Source of the DNA: an uncultured Collinsella sp.
GTDB taxonomy: Bacteria > Actinomycetota > Coriobacteriia > Coriobacteriales > Coriobacteriaceae
Direction: 5' to 3'
DNA length: 64,000 bases
NCBI GenBank assembly: GCA_902490305.1
Contig: CABUDI010000004.1
Span: forward strand, 35,085-99,084
The notes below the pieces were generated by a model. It did no database searches and had not been told where the DNA came from. It worked only from the letters and a program-made list of their open reading frames with translations. Shown here in pieces: positions 1 to 9,412 of the stretch. Position 1 is the first letter of the stretch; each line of letters opens with the position of its first letter. Made by a program: the position numbers and the translations under genes.

Positions 1-61
1 TGCTGCCGTAGAGCAGGCCGACGCCGCCCTTGCCGATAAAGGCGACCTTGTTGATCTGCAT
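1..61 (-). CDS. N-terminus of a probable ketopantoate reductase family protein (runs off the window edge)
   Basis: Read manually: ATG at 61 gives MQINKVAFIGKGGVGLLYGS (Rossmann GxGxxG); GGGGAG RBS upstream. Confidence 0.6.
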   Translation of the reverse strand, partial: MQINKVAFIGKGGVGLLYGS

Positions 62-182
62 GTGAATCATCTCCCCATGTAAAAGGCGCCCGCGTAAGGG
101 GCGCCTGATGGATTGTATGCTGCCAGGGTGATTGGTGGGTGCGCGGGGCGGCTGTTATAAAAAAGAAACGTTTGCCTGGACG

Positions 183-377
183 CTACGCTGCGGGGCAGAC
201 CGCAAAGACGCGGGCGGGGTATCCGACGCCATCGCGGACCTTGGGGAAGGTGCAGAAGATGACGGCACCCGTGGCGGGAAGCTTGTCCAGATGGTCCATG
301 ACCTCGATCTGATAGCGGTCGACCGAGAGGATGTATTGCTCGCCGGGGTAGGGGTAGGCGTCCTCACGCGTGGTCAC
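183..377 (-). pseudogene. C-terminal fragment of a cyclase / kynurenine formamidase family protein
   Basis: QIEVMDHLDKLPATGAVIFCTFPKVRDGVGYPARVFA resembles the cyclase-family C-terminus; only 64 aa and no N-terminal metal motif. Confidence 0.6.
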
Positions 378-539
378 GCTCGTCTCCTTTCATCGGGCTT
401 TTTGCTGATGTTGAAGCGGTGCCGTGACGGCTCGATTTCTGCTGCGTTACGATACGTTCTCAATTGCGATTCCGATGTGTTTCGATGACGTGACGGGTTT
501 GTTTCGCCTTGTCAGGGCTTCGATGGGAGGGGAGGGGCC

Positions 540-1730
540 GTGCAATATCGCGTTGACCCCAAAAGCGGCAACCGTATCTCGGCGTTGGGGCTGGGCTGCA
601 TGAGGTTTCCCGGTGCGCCGGGACGCCCGGATGCGAAGGCAGCCGACGCCATCATTTCCCGTGCGGTGGAGCAGGGGATTAATTATCTGGACACCGCGTA
701 TCTCTATCCCGGTAACGAGGCGTGCGTGGGCGCCTCGCTTGAGCGCTTGGGGCTGCGTGACCGGGTGTTGCTGGCGACCAAGTTGCCGCATGCTTCGTGC
801 AAGTGCGCGGAGGATTTCGACCGGTTCTTCGATGAGCAACTGCGGCGCCTGCGGACTGACCATATCGACTATTACCTTATGCACAACATCACCTCGCCCG
901 CGCAGTGGGAGCGCGTGGTAGCGTTGGGTATCGAGGACTGGATTGCGCACCAAAAGGCTGCGGGGCGTATTCGCCAGATAGGTTTTTCGTACCACGGCAG
1001 TGCGGCGGACTTCCTCACGATGCTTGACGCATATGACTGGGACTTTTGCCAGATCCAGTACAATTACGCTGGAGAGCGATATCAGGCGGGAACAGCGGGG
1101 CTCATGGCCGCCGCCGAGCGAGGCCTCGCGGTGTTTGTGATGGAGCCGCTGCTGGGCGGGCGTTTAGCGGGCAAGCTGCCGCCACGGGCCCGCGCTGTGC
1201 TCGATAGTGCCCGTGACCCGCATTTGCGCACTCCTGCCGCCTGGGGTCTTTCGTGGGTCTGGAATCATCCTCAGGTGACGATGCTGCTTTCGGGTATGAC
1301 CGATACCGCGCAGGTGGATGAGAACGCGGTGTTGGCCGATCAGGCCCTGCCGGATTCGATGACAGCTACTCAGCTCGATGCCATCGCGCACGTGCTGACG
1401 GAGTTTGAAAAATCGAACCGTGTGCCCTGCACGGGATGCGGCTACTGCATGCCATGTCCCAAGGGCATCAATATTCCCGGCTGCTTTGCCGCCTACAACG
1501 CAAGCTATGCGCACAGCTGGTTTACGGGTCTATCGCAGTACTTTACGGCGAGCGCGGTGCGCACAAGCGAGGCCAAGCTGGTGAGCAATTGCGTCAAGTG
1601 CGGCAAATGCGCGCGCCACTGCCCACAGCATATCGATATCCCCGAGCGTCTCGATGACGTGCGCCGACGTTTCCAGCCTGGCCCCGTGACGGCAGTGCTT
1701 AAGGCCTTCGGCAAAACGCGCTCCTCGTGA
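540..1730 (+). CDS. Aldo/keto reductase with C-terminal 4Fe-4S dicluster domain
   Basis: LGLGCMRFP, INYLDTAYLY, LATKL motifs; CTGCGYCMPCP and CVKCGKCARHCP ferredoxin motifs. Confidence 0.9.
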   Translation: MQYRVDPKSGNRISALGLGCMRFPGAPGRPDAKAADAIISRAVEQGINYLDTAYLYPGNEACVGASLERLGLRDRVLLATKLPHASCKCAEDFDRFFDEQLRRLRTDHIDYYLMHNITSPAQWERVVALGIEDWIAHQKAAGRIRQIGFSYHGSAADFLTMLDAYDWDFCQIQYNYAGERYQAGTAGLMAAAERGLAVFVMEPLLGGRLAGKLPPRARAVLDSARDPHLRTPAAWGLSWVWNHPQVTMLLSGMTDTAQVDENAVLADQALPDSMTATQLDAIAHVLTEFEKSNRVPCTGCGYCMPCPKGINIPGCFAAYNASYAHSWFTGLSQYFTASAVRTSEAKLVSNCVKCGKCARHCPQHIDIPERLDDVRRRFQPGPVTAVLKAFGKTRSS

Positions 1731-1733
1731 CCC

Positions 1734-1808
1734 TTTTATAACTTGCGGTGGAATAGTTCCTGTTTGCGGCAGAATAGGGCTTAAACAGGGACTATTCCAC
1801 CGCAACTG
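1734..1808. repeat. Intergenic palindromic repeat family A, copy 1
   Basis: TTGCGGTGGAATAGTTCCTGTTT (1743-1765) pairs with AAACAGGGACTATTCCACCGCAA (1783-1805); second copy at 2901-2975. Confidence 0.85.
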
Positions 1809-1820
1809 AAGGGGGCTGTC

Positions 1821-2840
1821 GTGGGCCATCGGGATTCATGTAATGATTCGCGTGGGGTTCGTTGGGGCATTTTGGGCGCTGGGCACATTTCTCATCGATT
1901 TGCATCGTCGCTCAAGAAGGTCGACGGGGCACGGCTGGTGGCTGCGGCCGGTCGCACTCCTGCACATGTCGAGGAATTTTGCCGAGTGTTTTCGATCGAT
2001 GCTGCGCATGGCCATGCCTCGGCCGACGATAGCGGCGATGCGGCTTATGACGCGCTGATTGCCGACCCCGATGTCGACGCAATCTACTTGGCTCTTCCGC
2101 ATGGCATGCATACGCGTTGGGCCTGTCGCGCGCTGTGCGCCGGAAAGGCCGTGCTGTGCGAAAAGCCGGCCGTTTTGAGTGAGGAAGAGGCTCTCTCGAT
2201 CGCCTCCACCTCTCGCGAGCGCGGCGTGCTGTTTATGGAGGCGATGAAGAATCGGTTTTGCCCGATGCGCACTCGCGTGAAAGACTTGCTTGCGTCGGGT
2301 GAGCTTGGCCGTATCGTCTCGATTGAAAGCGTGCAAAAGCTCGATTACGGCGAGTCTCCTTCGGGCTATCTGCTTGATCCGCTGCAGGGCGGCTGTCTAT
2401 ATGACATGGGCTGCTATGCAGTCGGTTGGTTTGAGGATTTGCTCGCGGGCGCTTGCGAGGTTTCGTCCCGTGAAGTTCGCTGGCGTGACGTATCAGGCGG
2501 CCGTGTCGATTGGGCCGACGAGATCCATATGAGCGTCGGCGGTATACCCATTCATATGGTGTGCGACGGCAAAGCAGCATATGAAAGCCGCTTAACAATT
2601 GCCTGTGAGCGGGGCTCGTTGGAAATCGAGCGTCTTCATCGCCCCGAGCTCGCCCATGTGAAGTACTCCGACGGTCGAGCACTCGAAATCGATGCACCGT
2701 TTGAGGTCGATGATTTTTACGGTGAGGCATCGCATGCGACACAGCTCATTCAGGCGGGGAAACTCGAAAGCCCCATCATGTCCCTAGCCGCTACACAGCG
2801 CTGTGCGCACATCATCGATGCGATTCGCTTGAAACTTTAG
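1821..2840 (+). CDS. Gfo/Idh/MocA family oxidoreductase
   Basis: WGILGAGHI, DPDVDAIYLALP, VLCEKP, GGCLYDMGCY motifs. Confidence 0.9.
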   Translation: MGHRDSCNDSRGVRWGILGAGHISHRFASSLKKVDGARLVAAAGRTPAHVEEFCRVFSIDAAHGHASADDSGDAAYDALIADPDVDAIYLALPHGMHTRWACRALCAGKAVLCEKPAVLSEEEALSIASTSRERGVLFMEAMKNRFCPMRTRVKDLLASGELGRIVSIESVQKLDYGESPSGYLLDPLQGGCLYDMGCYAVGWFEDLLAGACEVSSREVRWRDVSGGRVDWADEIHMSVGGIPIHMVCDGKAAYESRLTIACERGSLEIERLHRPELAHVKYSDGRALEIDAPFEVDDFYGEASHATQLIQAGKLESPIMSLAATQRCAHIIDAIRLKL

Positions 2841-2900
2841 GGCGTGGGGGCATGGCGCCAACGCCTGGAATGCCTTGGAGGCCTTTGCCCCTGATGCCTC

Positions 2901-2975
2901 TTTTATAACTTGCGGTGGAATATGGTCTGTTTGCGCCAAAATAGGGCACCAATAGACCGTATTTCACCGCAACTG
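2901..2975. repeat. Intergenic palindromic repeat family A, copy 2
   Basis: TTTTATAACTTGCGGTGGAATA...TATTTCACCGCAACTG; same ends as 1734-1808 with a changed but still pairing inner stem. Confidence 0.85.
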
Positions 2976-2993
2976 ATGAAGAGGGAGTTGGAG

Positions 2994-3860
2994 ATGCTGA
3001 CGATCGGGTGTCATCTTTCGACGACGAAGGGCTATCGGGCGATGGGGAAGACGGCGCTGTCTATTGGCGCCAATACCTTTGCATTCTTTACGCGCAACCC
3101 GCGCGGCGGCAAGGCGAAAGACCTTGACATGGATGACGTGGCGGCCCTGCGCGAGCTTATGGCGCAAAACGACTTTGGACCGCTGGTGGCGCATGCCCCG
3201 TATACCTACAACCCCTGCTCAGCCAAAGAGCGGGCGCGCGAGTTTGCCCTGGAGGCCATGGCAGAGGACCTGCGGCGCATGGAGGCGCTGCCCGGCAACT
3301 ACTACAACTTCCATCCCGGTGCGCATGTGGGGCAGGGCTCCGACGCCGGTATTCAGATGATTGTCGACACCCTGTGCCAGGTGATGTTTGAGGGCCAGCA
3401 GACGACGGTGCTGCTCGAGACCATGGCCGGCAAGGGTACCGAGGTGGGCCGCAGCTTTGAGGAACTGGCGTGCATTATCGAGGGCGTTGCCGCCAAGTGC
3501 CCAGAGCTGTCCGATAAGCTGGGCGTTTGTTTGGATACCTGTCATGTGAGCGATGCTGGCTACGACATCATCCATGATCTGGACGGCGTACTCGACGAGT
3601 TCGACCGCGTGGTGGGTATCGATCGTTTGCACGCCGTACACATCAACGATTCGAAGAACCCTTGTGGCGCCCATAAAGATCGTCACGAGTGCATCGGCAA
3701 GGGATACCTTGGCAGCGAGGAATTTGGTGGCGGTATGCAGGTTATGCAGAATATTGTATCGAATGGCCACTTGCGTTCGCTGCCGTTTATTTTGGAGACT
3801 CCGAACGAACTTGCAGGTTATGCAGCTGAAATTAGACTATTAAGGTCATTGCAGCAGTAA
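2994..3860 (+). CDS. nfo: Endonuclease IV (deoxyribonuclease IV)
   Basis: [51 protein letters not shown] motifs; ATG 2994 after GAGGGAG. Confidence 0.93.
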   Translation: MLTIGCHLSTTKGYRAMGKTALSIGANTFAFFTRNPRGGKAKDLDMDDVAALRELMAQNDFGPLVAHAPYTYNPCSAKERAREFALEAMAEDLRRMEALPGNYYNFHPGAHVGQGSDAGIQMIVDTLCQVMFEGQQTTVLLETMAGKGTEVGRSFEELACIIEGVAAKCPELSDKLGVCLDTCHVSDAGYDIIHDLDGVLDEFDRVVGIDRLHAVHINDSKNPCGAHKDRHECIGKGYLGSEEFGGGMQVMQNIVSNGHLRSLPFILETPNELAGYAAEIRLLRSLQQ

Positions 3861-4007
3861 TGACTGTCACAAAGTAGAGTATTCCATTCACGTTATGGGT
3901 TTGTTTCAATCAGTTTTCTCATTGCAGATTCGTAATTCCGGGTGCATAATAGCCAACAGTTTTTGCAGACCTCTGAATCAAACGAGGTCACCGGAAGGAG
4001 ACTCATT

Positions 4008-4868
4008 ATGAAGCTGAAGAAGCTTGGCGCATTTGCCGCCACGGGTGCTATGGCGCTCGCCCTTGCTCTGACGGGCTGCGGTTCGTCCAACGCCACCTCT
4101 GGTTCTGATGCCGGTTCCAGCAGCTCTGACGACGCTAAGGTCGAGAAGGTCGACGGCTCCAAGGAGTACGCGCTCGTCAAGGACGGTACGCTGACCGTCG
4201 GCACCTCTGCCGAGTACGCTCCGTTTGAGTACAAAGATGACAACGGCGATTATCAGGGCTTTGACCTTGAGCTCATCAAGGCTATCGGCGACAAGCTGGG
4301 CCTGGATGTCGAGTATGTCAACAATGACTTTGACACGCTGGTTCCGGGCGTCGCTTCGGGCGCCAAGTATGACGTTTCCATCGCGGCTATCACCGACACG
4401 CCCGAGCGTGAGAAGGAAGTCACTTTCTCTGATTCCTACTACATGGACGATCAGGCTATCGTGACCAAGGTCGATAACACCGACATCACGGCCGACAACT
4501 ACAGCGAGAAGCTCAACAACGCCGACGCTACCATCATCGTCCAGTCTGGCTCGACCGCCGAGGCCTTTGCCCAGGAGAACTTCCCCAAGGCCAAGATCGT
4601 CCCCTACAAGGACGCCACCGAGTGCTTCAGCGCCCTGCAGTCCGATAAGGGCGACGCCGTAGTCACCAACCGCTCCGTTGCCAGCCAGCTGACCGCCGAG
4701 CAGTTCAACACCTGCCAGACCATCAAGCAGATCAGCACCGGCGAGGAGTACGCCATCGCCATCAACCAGGGCAACACCAAGCTCAAGGACGACATCAACC
4801 AGGCTATCAAGGACCTGACCGACGACGGTACCGTCGACGCCCTCATGGCTAAGTACAATATCAAGTAA
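4008..4868 (+). CDS. Polar amino-acid ABC transporter substrate-binding lipoprotein
   Basis: Lipobox LALTGC; LTVGTSAEYAPFEY, GFDLEL, FSDSYY (SBP family 3). Confidence 0.92.
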   Translation: MKLKKLGAFAATGAMALALALTGCGSSNATSGSDAGSSSSDDAKVEKVDGSKEYALVKDGTLTVGTSAEYAPFEYKDDNGDYQGFDLELIKAIGDKLGLDVEYVNNDFDTLVPGVASGAKYDVSIAAITDTPEREKEVTFSDSYYMDDQAIVTKVDNTDITADNYSEKLNNADATIIVQSGSTAEAFAQENFPKAKIVPYKDATECFSALQSDKGDAVVTNRSVASQLTAEQFNTCQTIKQISTGEEYAIAINQGNTKLKDDINQAIKDLTDDGTVDALMAKYNIK

Positions 4869-4986
4869 AATAACTACTTGATTGCGCGCGGGCCCTTTCC
4901 GTTTTGGCGGAAAGGGCCTTTGCGCTTCTCTTGACGGAGAGCGTTTCCGTCTCGTTTTGCCGGCAACTTCTACGATAGGAGCCACC

Positions 4987-6348
4987 TTGTCTCGACTGAA
5001 CAAAGGGGCCGCGGAGCAGCGTTTTCCACTGCCCTCGATGCTCCAAAAGCTGGCCTGTGCCCTGGCTGTGGCGCTCGCCCTGGTATGCGCGGGGGCCTGC
5101 GTGCCCACGACCGCCCAGGCGCTTGAGACCGCAAAGATTACCGCCCGACCCAATACCGGTTCGGGTAGCGATGTGGTCGGCGGCACCGAGACGCGCATCA
5201 CTTGGGAAGTTCAGGCCGATGCCGACGAGGAGCTGAGCGGTCTTTCGCTGACGTTTGTCGACGGCACGACGTTTGGTACCGATGACACGCGATTGACGAT
5301 GCTCTCGGGCGAGGACCTCATGGATCGTACGCCCATGAAGCCCACGTGCAAGGCTGACGGCCAGACGCTCAAGATTGACTTTGGCGAGACGGCGCCTGCC
5401 GGCGGCTTTTTCCGTGTCGAGGTTTACGGCGTGACCTTCCCCGTCGAGGGCGGCGATGAGGCCTTTAGCGGCACCTATACGCTCGCCGACGGTTCGACCA
5501 AGAAGATCTCCAAGATTCCTCCCGTCGAGATTAAGGGCGTGACGGCATTCGATAACTTCCTGGCCGACCTTAAGGAGCAGCCGTGGGTCGAGGCGTGGAA
5601 CTCCAATATGTTCCTGCGCCTGTTCCTGAACCCGGTCATTTTGGTCCAGAGCCTGCCGATCGTCTTCAAGGGCTTCCTTATGTCGCTTTCGATCGTGCTC
5701 GTGGCGTTTCCGCTGGCAATTCCCTTTGGCTTTGCCCTGTCGCTTATGCGCATCTCCAAGTCGCGCATCCTGCGCTGCCTCGCCGGCATCTACGTGAATA
5801 TCATTCGCGGTACGCCGGCGTTCCTGCAGATCTATATCGCGTTCTTCGGTCTGCCGTTGGCCGGCGTCAAGGTGGACGACTATGTTTTGGGCGTTATCGT
5901 CATGGCCATGAACTCGTCTGCGTACCTGTGCGAGATCTTCCGTGCCGGTATTCAATCGATCCCCAAGGGCCAAAACGAGGCTGCTCGCTCTCTGGGCATG
6001 AATGCCTTCCAGACGCTGCTCTACGTTATGATTCCGCAGACGTTCCGCAATGTTTTGCCTACGCTGACCAGCGAGTTTATCTTGCTTTACAAGGATACGT
6101 CGCTGCTTGCCGCCGTGGGTGTGGTCGAAATCGTCATGAACGCCCGTACCATCGTGGCCACGACGGGCTCCATTACACCGTACGTGGTTGCCGCCCTGTT
6201 CTATCTGGTCATCACCCTGCCGCTCGCTCGCTTGGTGAGCGGTCTTGAGGCGAGGCTTTTGGGTACGACCGAGACCAAGAAGAAGCGTCCCGCCAAGAGC
6301 GCCGGACAGGTTGTCGCGACGCCTGCCGATCACATTGCCGGTCTGTAA
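4987..6348 (+). CDS. Amino-acid ABC permease (HisM/GlnP type) with a long N-terminal extracytoplasmic domain
   Basis: YVNIIRGTP, SAYLCEIFRAGIQSIPKGQNEAARSLGM (EAA loop), KDTSL; TTG start after AGGAG is inferred. Confidence 0.88.
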   Translation: MSRLNKGAAEQRFPLPSMLQKLACALAVALALVCAGACVPTTAQALETAKITARPNTGSGSDVVGGTETRITWEVQADADEELSGLSLTFVDGTTFGTDDTRLTMLSGEDLMDRTPMKPTCKADGQTLKIDFGETAPAGGFFRVEVYGVTFPVEGGDEAFSGTYTLADGSTKKISKIPPVEIKGVTAFDNFLADLKEQPWVEAWNSNMFLRLFLNPVILVQSLPIVFKGFLMSLSIVLVAFPLAIPFGFALSLMRISKSRILRCLAGIYVNIIRGTPAFLQIYIAFFGLPLAGVKVDDYVLGVIVMAMNSSAYLCEIFRAGIQSIPKGQNEAARSLGMNAFQTLLYVMIPQTFRNVLPTLTSEFILLYKDTSLLAAVGVVEIVMNARTIVATTGSITPYVVAALFYLVITLPLARLVSGLEARLLGTTETKKKRPAKSAGQVVATPADHIAGL

Positions 6349-6360
6349 GGAGGTCCTATC

Positions 6361-7113
6361 ATGAGCGAAACCAATAACTCGAACGAGGTCGTCGTCAGCA
6401 TTAAGAACCTCCAGAAGGCCTTTGGCGATAACGTGGTCCTGCGCGATATCGATCTGGATGTGCATAAGGGCGAGGTCGTCGTAGTTCTGGGTCCTTCGGG
6501 CTCGGGCAAGTCGACGATGCTTCGCTGCATCAATCGTCTGGAGCATCCTACGAGTGGTTCGATTGTCGTCGAGGGCGTGGATGTGTGCGCCAAGGGCGTT
6601 GACCTCAATAAGGTGCGTACGCACTTGGGCATGGTGTTTCAGCAGTTCAACCTGTTCCCGCACCTGTCGGTCAAAAAGAACGTCATGCTTGCGCAGCAAA
6701 AGGTGCTCAAGCGCAGCAAGGAAGAGGCCGAGAAGATCGCCGTCGAGGAGCTGACCAAGGTCGGTCTTGCCGAGCGTATCGACTTTATGCCGAGCCAGCT
6801 CTCGGGCGGCCAGCAGCAGCGCGTTGCCATCGCCCGCGCCCTGTCGATGAACCCTCACGTTATGCTCTTTGACGAGGCCACGTCGGCGCTCGATCCCGAG
6901 CTGGTTCGCGACGTTCTGGGTGTCATGCGCGACCTGGCACGCGATGGCATGACCATGATCGTCGTGACGCACGAGATGGGCTTTGCCCGCGACGTCGCCG
7001 ACCGCGTCGTCTTTATGGACGGCGGCGTCATTGTGGAAGAGGGTACGCCGAGCGAGGTCTTCGACCACCCCAAGAGCGAGCGCACCAAGGCGTTCTTGGG
7101 CAATATCTCGTAG
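6361..7113 (+). CDS. Amino-acid ABC transporter ATP-binding protein (GlnQ type)
   Basis: [34 protein letters not shown]. Confidence 0.95.
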   Translation: MSETNNSNEVVVSIKNLQKAFGDNVVLRDIDLDVHKGEVVVVLGPSGSGKSTMLRCINRLEHPTSGSIVVEGVDVCAKGVDLNKVRTHLGMVFQQFNLFPHLSVKKNVMLAQQKVLKRSKEEAEKIAVEELTKVGLAERIDFMPSQLSGGQQQRVAIARALSMNPHVMLFDEATSALDPELVRDVLGVMRDLARDGMTMIVVTHEMGFARDVADRVVFMDGGVIVEEGTPSEVFDHPKSERTKAFLGNIS

Positions 7114-7136
7114 CCGGTTGATGTAACTGCCGTTAT

Positions 7137-7178
7137 AAAAGAGCGGGGGCTGGACTTGAATTCAGCCCCCGCTCTTTT
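7137..7178. terminator. Bidirectional intrinsic terminator between convergent genes
   Basis: AAAAGAGCGGGGGCTG...CAGCCCCCGCTCTTTT. Confidence 0.85.
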
Positions 7179-7230
7179 GTAGGGATAAGGATGCGCTTTG
7201 ATGCAGACTCTTTTGGAGGTCCTGGGTTCG

Positions 7231-7650
7231 TTACGCGAGCTCGGCTCCGAGGGCCTTGCAAGCGGTCTCGCCCTCATCGTCGGGCGCATCGTAGCAAATG
7301 ACGGAATCGACGACATTGACGCCCGCCTCGTCGGCATCGGCCTTCCAGTTGTCCATCCACTCGCCCTCGGCCCACGAATAAGAGCCAAAGAGGACGACCT
7401 TCTTATCGCCGAGGGTCTCCTTGACCTCGTCCCACATAGGCTGGAACTCGTCATACTCAAGCTCCTCGGAACCCATGGCGGGGCAGCCGAAGGCGAAGGC
7501 ACCATATTCGGCGGCCTTGTCGGCAGAGAAGTCGGCGCAGGAGATGACCTCTGCCTCGGCGCCGGCACCGGTTGCGCCCTCGGCAACGAAGTTTGCCATG
7601 GCCTCGGTGTTGCCTGTACCGCTCCAGTAGACGACTGCGATCTTGCTCAT
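7231..7650 (-). CDS. Short-chain flavodoxin
   Basis: MSKIAVVYWSGTGNTEAMA, FGCPAMGSEE, LFGSYSW; true start 7650 lies inside the 277-aa ORF. Confidence 0.93.
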   Translation of the reverse strand: MSKIAVVYWSGTGNTEAMANFVAEGATGAGAEAEVISCADFSADKAAEYGAFAFGCPAMGSEELEYDEFQPMWDEVKETLGDKKVVLFGSYSWAEGEWMDNWKADADEAGVNVVDSVICYDAPDDEGETACKALGAELA

Positions 7651-7696
7651 ATGTCTTCCTTTCGGTTGTGCGGCGTGCGGCCGCGTTTTGTATGCT

Positions 7697-8401
7697 CTAT
7701 CGGGTTGCCTGGACAAGTTGTCCCAGAGTGCAGCCCTGTTGATAGATGTAGGTAAGGTATTGCGTGCATGCGCGATAGGAATCGAAGGTCGTGAGCGCCT
7801 GCTCAACGTTTGTGTATACCTTCCATGCGCCAAAGACCTTATAGTTTTCGCCGTGCTGGACGATAAACTGATGGACATCTTCGTAGGGATAGCCCAAAAA
7901 ATAGCCAATTTCGTGGGGGAACTCGCATATGCACCCCGTATCGCAGTGCCTATTTCGCGCGAGTGCGCAGACGCTGCCGTCATAGGCGCTTTCTGCGGCA
8001 TTGCTGCTTGCCAGCGTGATGCGCGCGGCGAGATGCACCAGGGATGCGGGCAGGTTGTGGACATCGTAACCTTCGGCGGCTAGCGCCGTCGTGGCACGGG
8101 GGTCGGAGAGGTATCGCATGAGGTCCGCAGGGCGGTACACATAGATGAGCGCTCCGCAGGGGCGCCAGACCAAAACGCTCATATGGATTCCGAGTGGCTG
8201 GAGCTCGCGGTTGCATTGGGCTATGACGGCGAGCAGGCGAGAGCGTCGCTCTTCGATATGGGCGGCGCCGGGTTTTCCGTTTTGGTTGGCGTAAACGCCG
8301 GGATAGGTAAAGAGCGAAGCCGGCTTGATACCTGCGAGCGTAGGGGAGCAGTTGCGTACGACAGCCGTTTGGTATGTTGGGATGTCAATGGTTCGAGTCA
8401 C
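7697..8401 (-). CDS. DUF3793 family protein
   Basis: CSPTLAGIKPASLF, FPHEIGYFLGYPYEDV, GAWKVY; typical flavodoxin neighbour. Confidence 0.85.
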   Translation of the reverse strand: MTRTIDIPTYQTAVVRNCSPTLAGIKPASLFTYPGVYANQNGKPGAAHIEERRSRLLAVIAQCNRELQPLGIHMSVLVWRPCGALIYVYRPADLMRYLSDPRATTALAAEGYDVHNLPASLVHLAARITLASSNAAESAYDGSVCALARNRHCDTGCICEFPHEIGYFLGYPYEDVHQFIVQHGENYKVFGAWKVYTNVEQALTTFDSYRACTQYLTYIYQQGCTLGQLVQATR

Positions 8402-8530
8402 GATGCTCCTTTCGGGTCCTCAGTTGTTAGCCTAGGAAAACTTATACACGAAAGTAAGCCATGGTCAACAAAAAAGTTTGAAGAGGGAAACTAATTGACC
8501 GAACGGACATGAATTTGGGTTAAGATGGTG

Positions 8531-8547
8531 ACACCCCATGGGGGTAT
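8531..8547. promoter_or_regulatory. CsoR-type copper-responsive operator
   Basis: CACCCC-ATG-GGGGTA C/G-tract pseudopalindrome directly upstream of the CopZ-like gene. Confidence 0.6.
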
Positions 8548-8576
8548 CTAGATAGTGTTACTTGAAAGGGGAACGC

Positions 8577-8960
8577 ATGAGTGACTTGCTCAACCCTGCG
8601 AATCTCATCGTGCTGGCCGTCATTGCCGTCGGCATGTTTTTTGGACTGCGTCGCATTGCCGCTTCGACACACGGGAAGAGTTGTTGCAGCGATGGTGCGA
8701 GCGGCAAGAAGGCCAAAAAGGTTGTTGTGGTGGATACCGATGCATCGCACTATCCCTATAGCGATGAGCTACTCATCGGCGGCATGAGCTGTGACGGCTG
8801 CGCTCAGAACGTAGCCAATGCCCTCAATGCACTGGATGGCGTGTGGGCAACGGTGACGTATGCGGACCACACGGCACGCGTGCGCTCCAAGCGGCCGGTT
8901 GATCGTGATGTCCTCGAGACGGCCGTGAAAGACGCGGGCTACTACGTCATGACGCTGTAA
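8577..8960 (+). CDS. Membrane-anchored heavy-metal-associated (CopZ-like) protein
   Basis: N-terminal TM helix, then KSCC, then GMSCDGC HMA motif and VKDAGY. Confidence 0.85.
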   Translation: MSDLLNPANLIVLAVIAVGMFFGLRRIAASTHGKSCCSDGASGKKAKKVVVVDTDASHYPYSDELLIGGMSCDGCAQNVANALNALDGVWATVTYADHTARVRSKRPVDRDVLETAVKDAGYYVMTL

Positions 8961-8986
8961 GCGTCGCTCTGGATGCGCGTCCTTGT

Positions 8987-9412
8987 CTAGGCTCGTCCGC
9001 GTAGCTCGATGTCCTGGATGTCGTCGAAGTCGATGGCGATATCTTTGAGCTTGAGGAGCTTGAACGCAGGGAGCACCTCATCAAGGATGCCCGTGCGAGT
9101 GCGATAGCCGTACGCATCGTAATAGGTGACGCGCACCAAGTCGCCGCGTTTGAGGCCCTCGAGCTTTTGCGAAAGCTCGAGGGCTTTTTCTTCTGTGAGT
9201 TCGCATTTTGGCTCGGCGGTGATCTCTTGTTTACGCACGAGCTCGTAGTATCCCGTGAGGGCGGCAAAGGGCATAAACTGCGCGGCACGGCCGGCACGGA
9301 CGGTGCCGTTGGCGGTGAGCTTTGGGTCGGCGGAACGACGTCTTCCCTCGGGGTCCGCTAGGCGTTCAAAAGGTGTCGGTGGCCGCATCGGCTGTTGTTG
9401 GGACTTAGGCAC
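8987..9412 (-). CDS. YolD-like protein
   Basis: RAAQFMPFAALTGY motif; overlaps the stop of the upstream Y-family polymerase. Confidence 0.85.
   Translation of the reverse strand: MPKSQQQPMRPPTPFERLADPEGRRRSADPKLTANGTVRAGRAAQFMPFAALTGYYELVRKQEITAEPKCELTEEKALELSQKLEGLKRGDLVRVTYYDAYGYRTRTGILDEVLPAFKLLKLKDIAIDFDDIQDIELRGRA

Noticed and set aside
4861..7068. Long antisense ORFs (also 11807-13558, 39397-40854, 57087-58754, 36422-38071 and others)
   Set aside because: Shadow ORFs opposite well-supported genes; expected from high-GC codon bias
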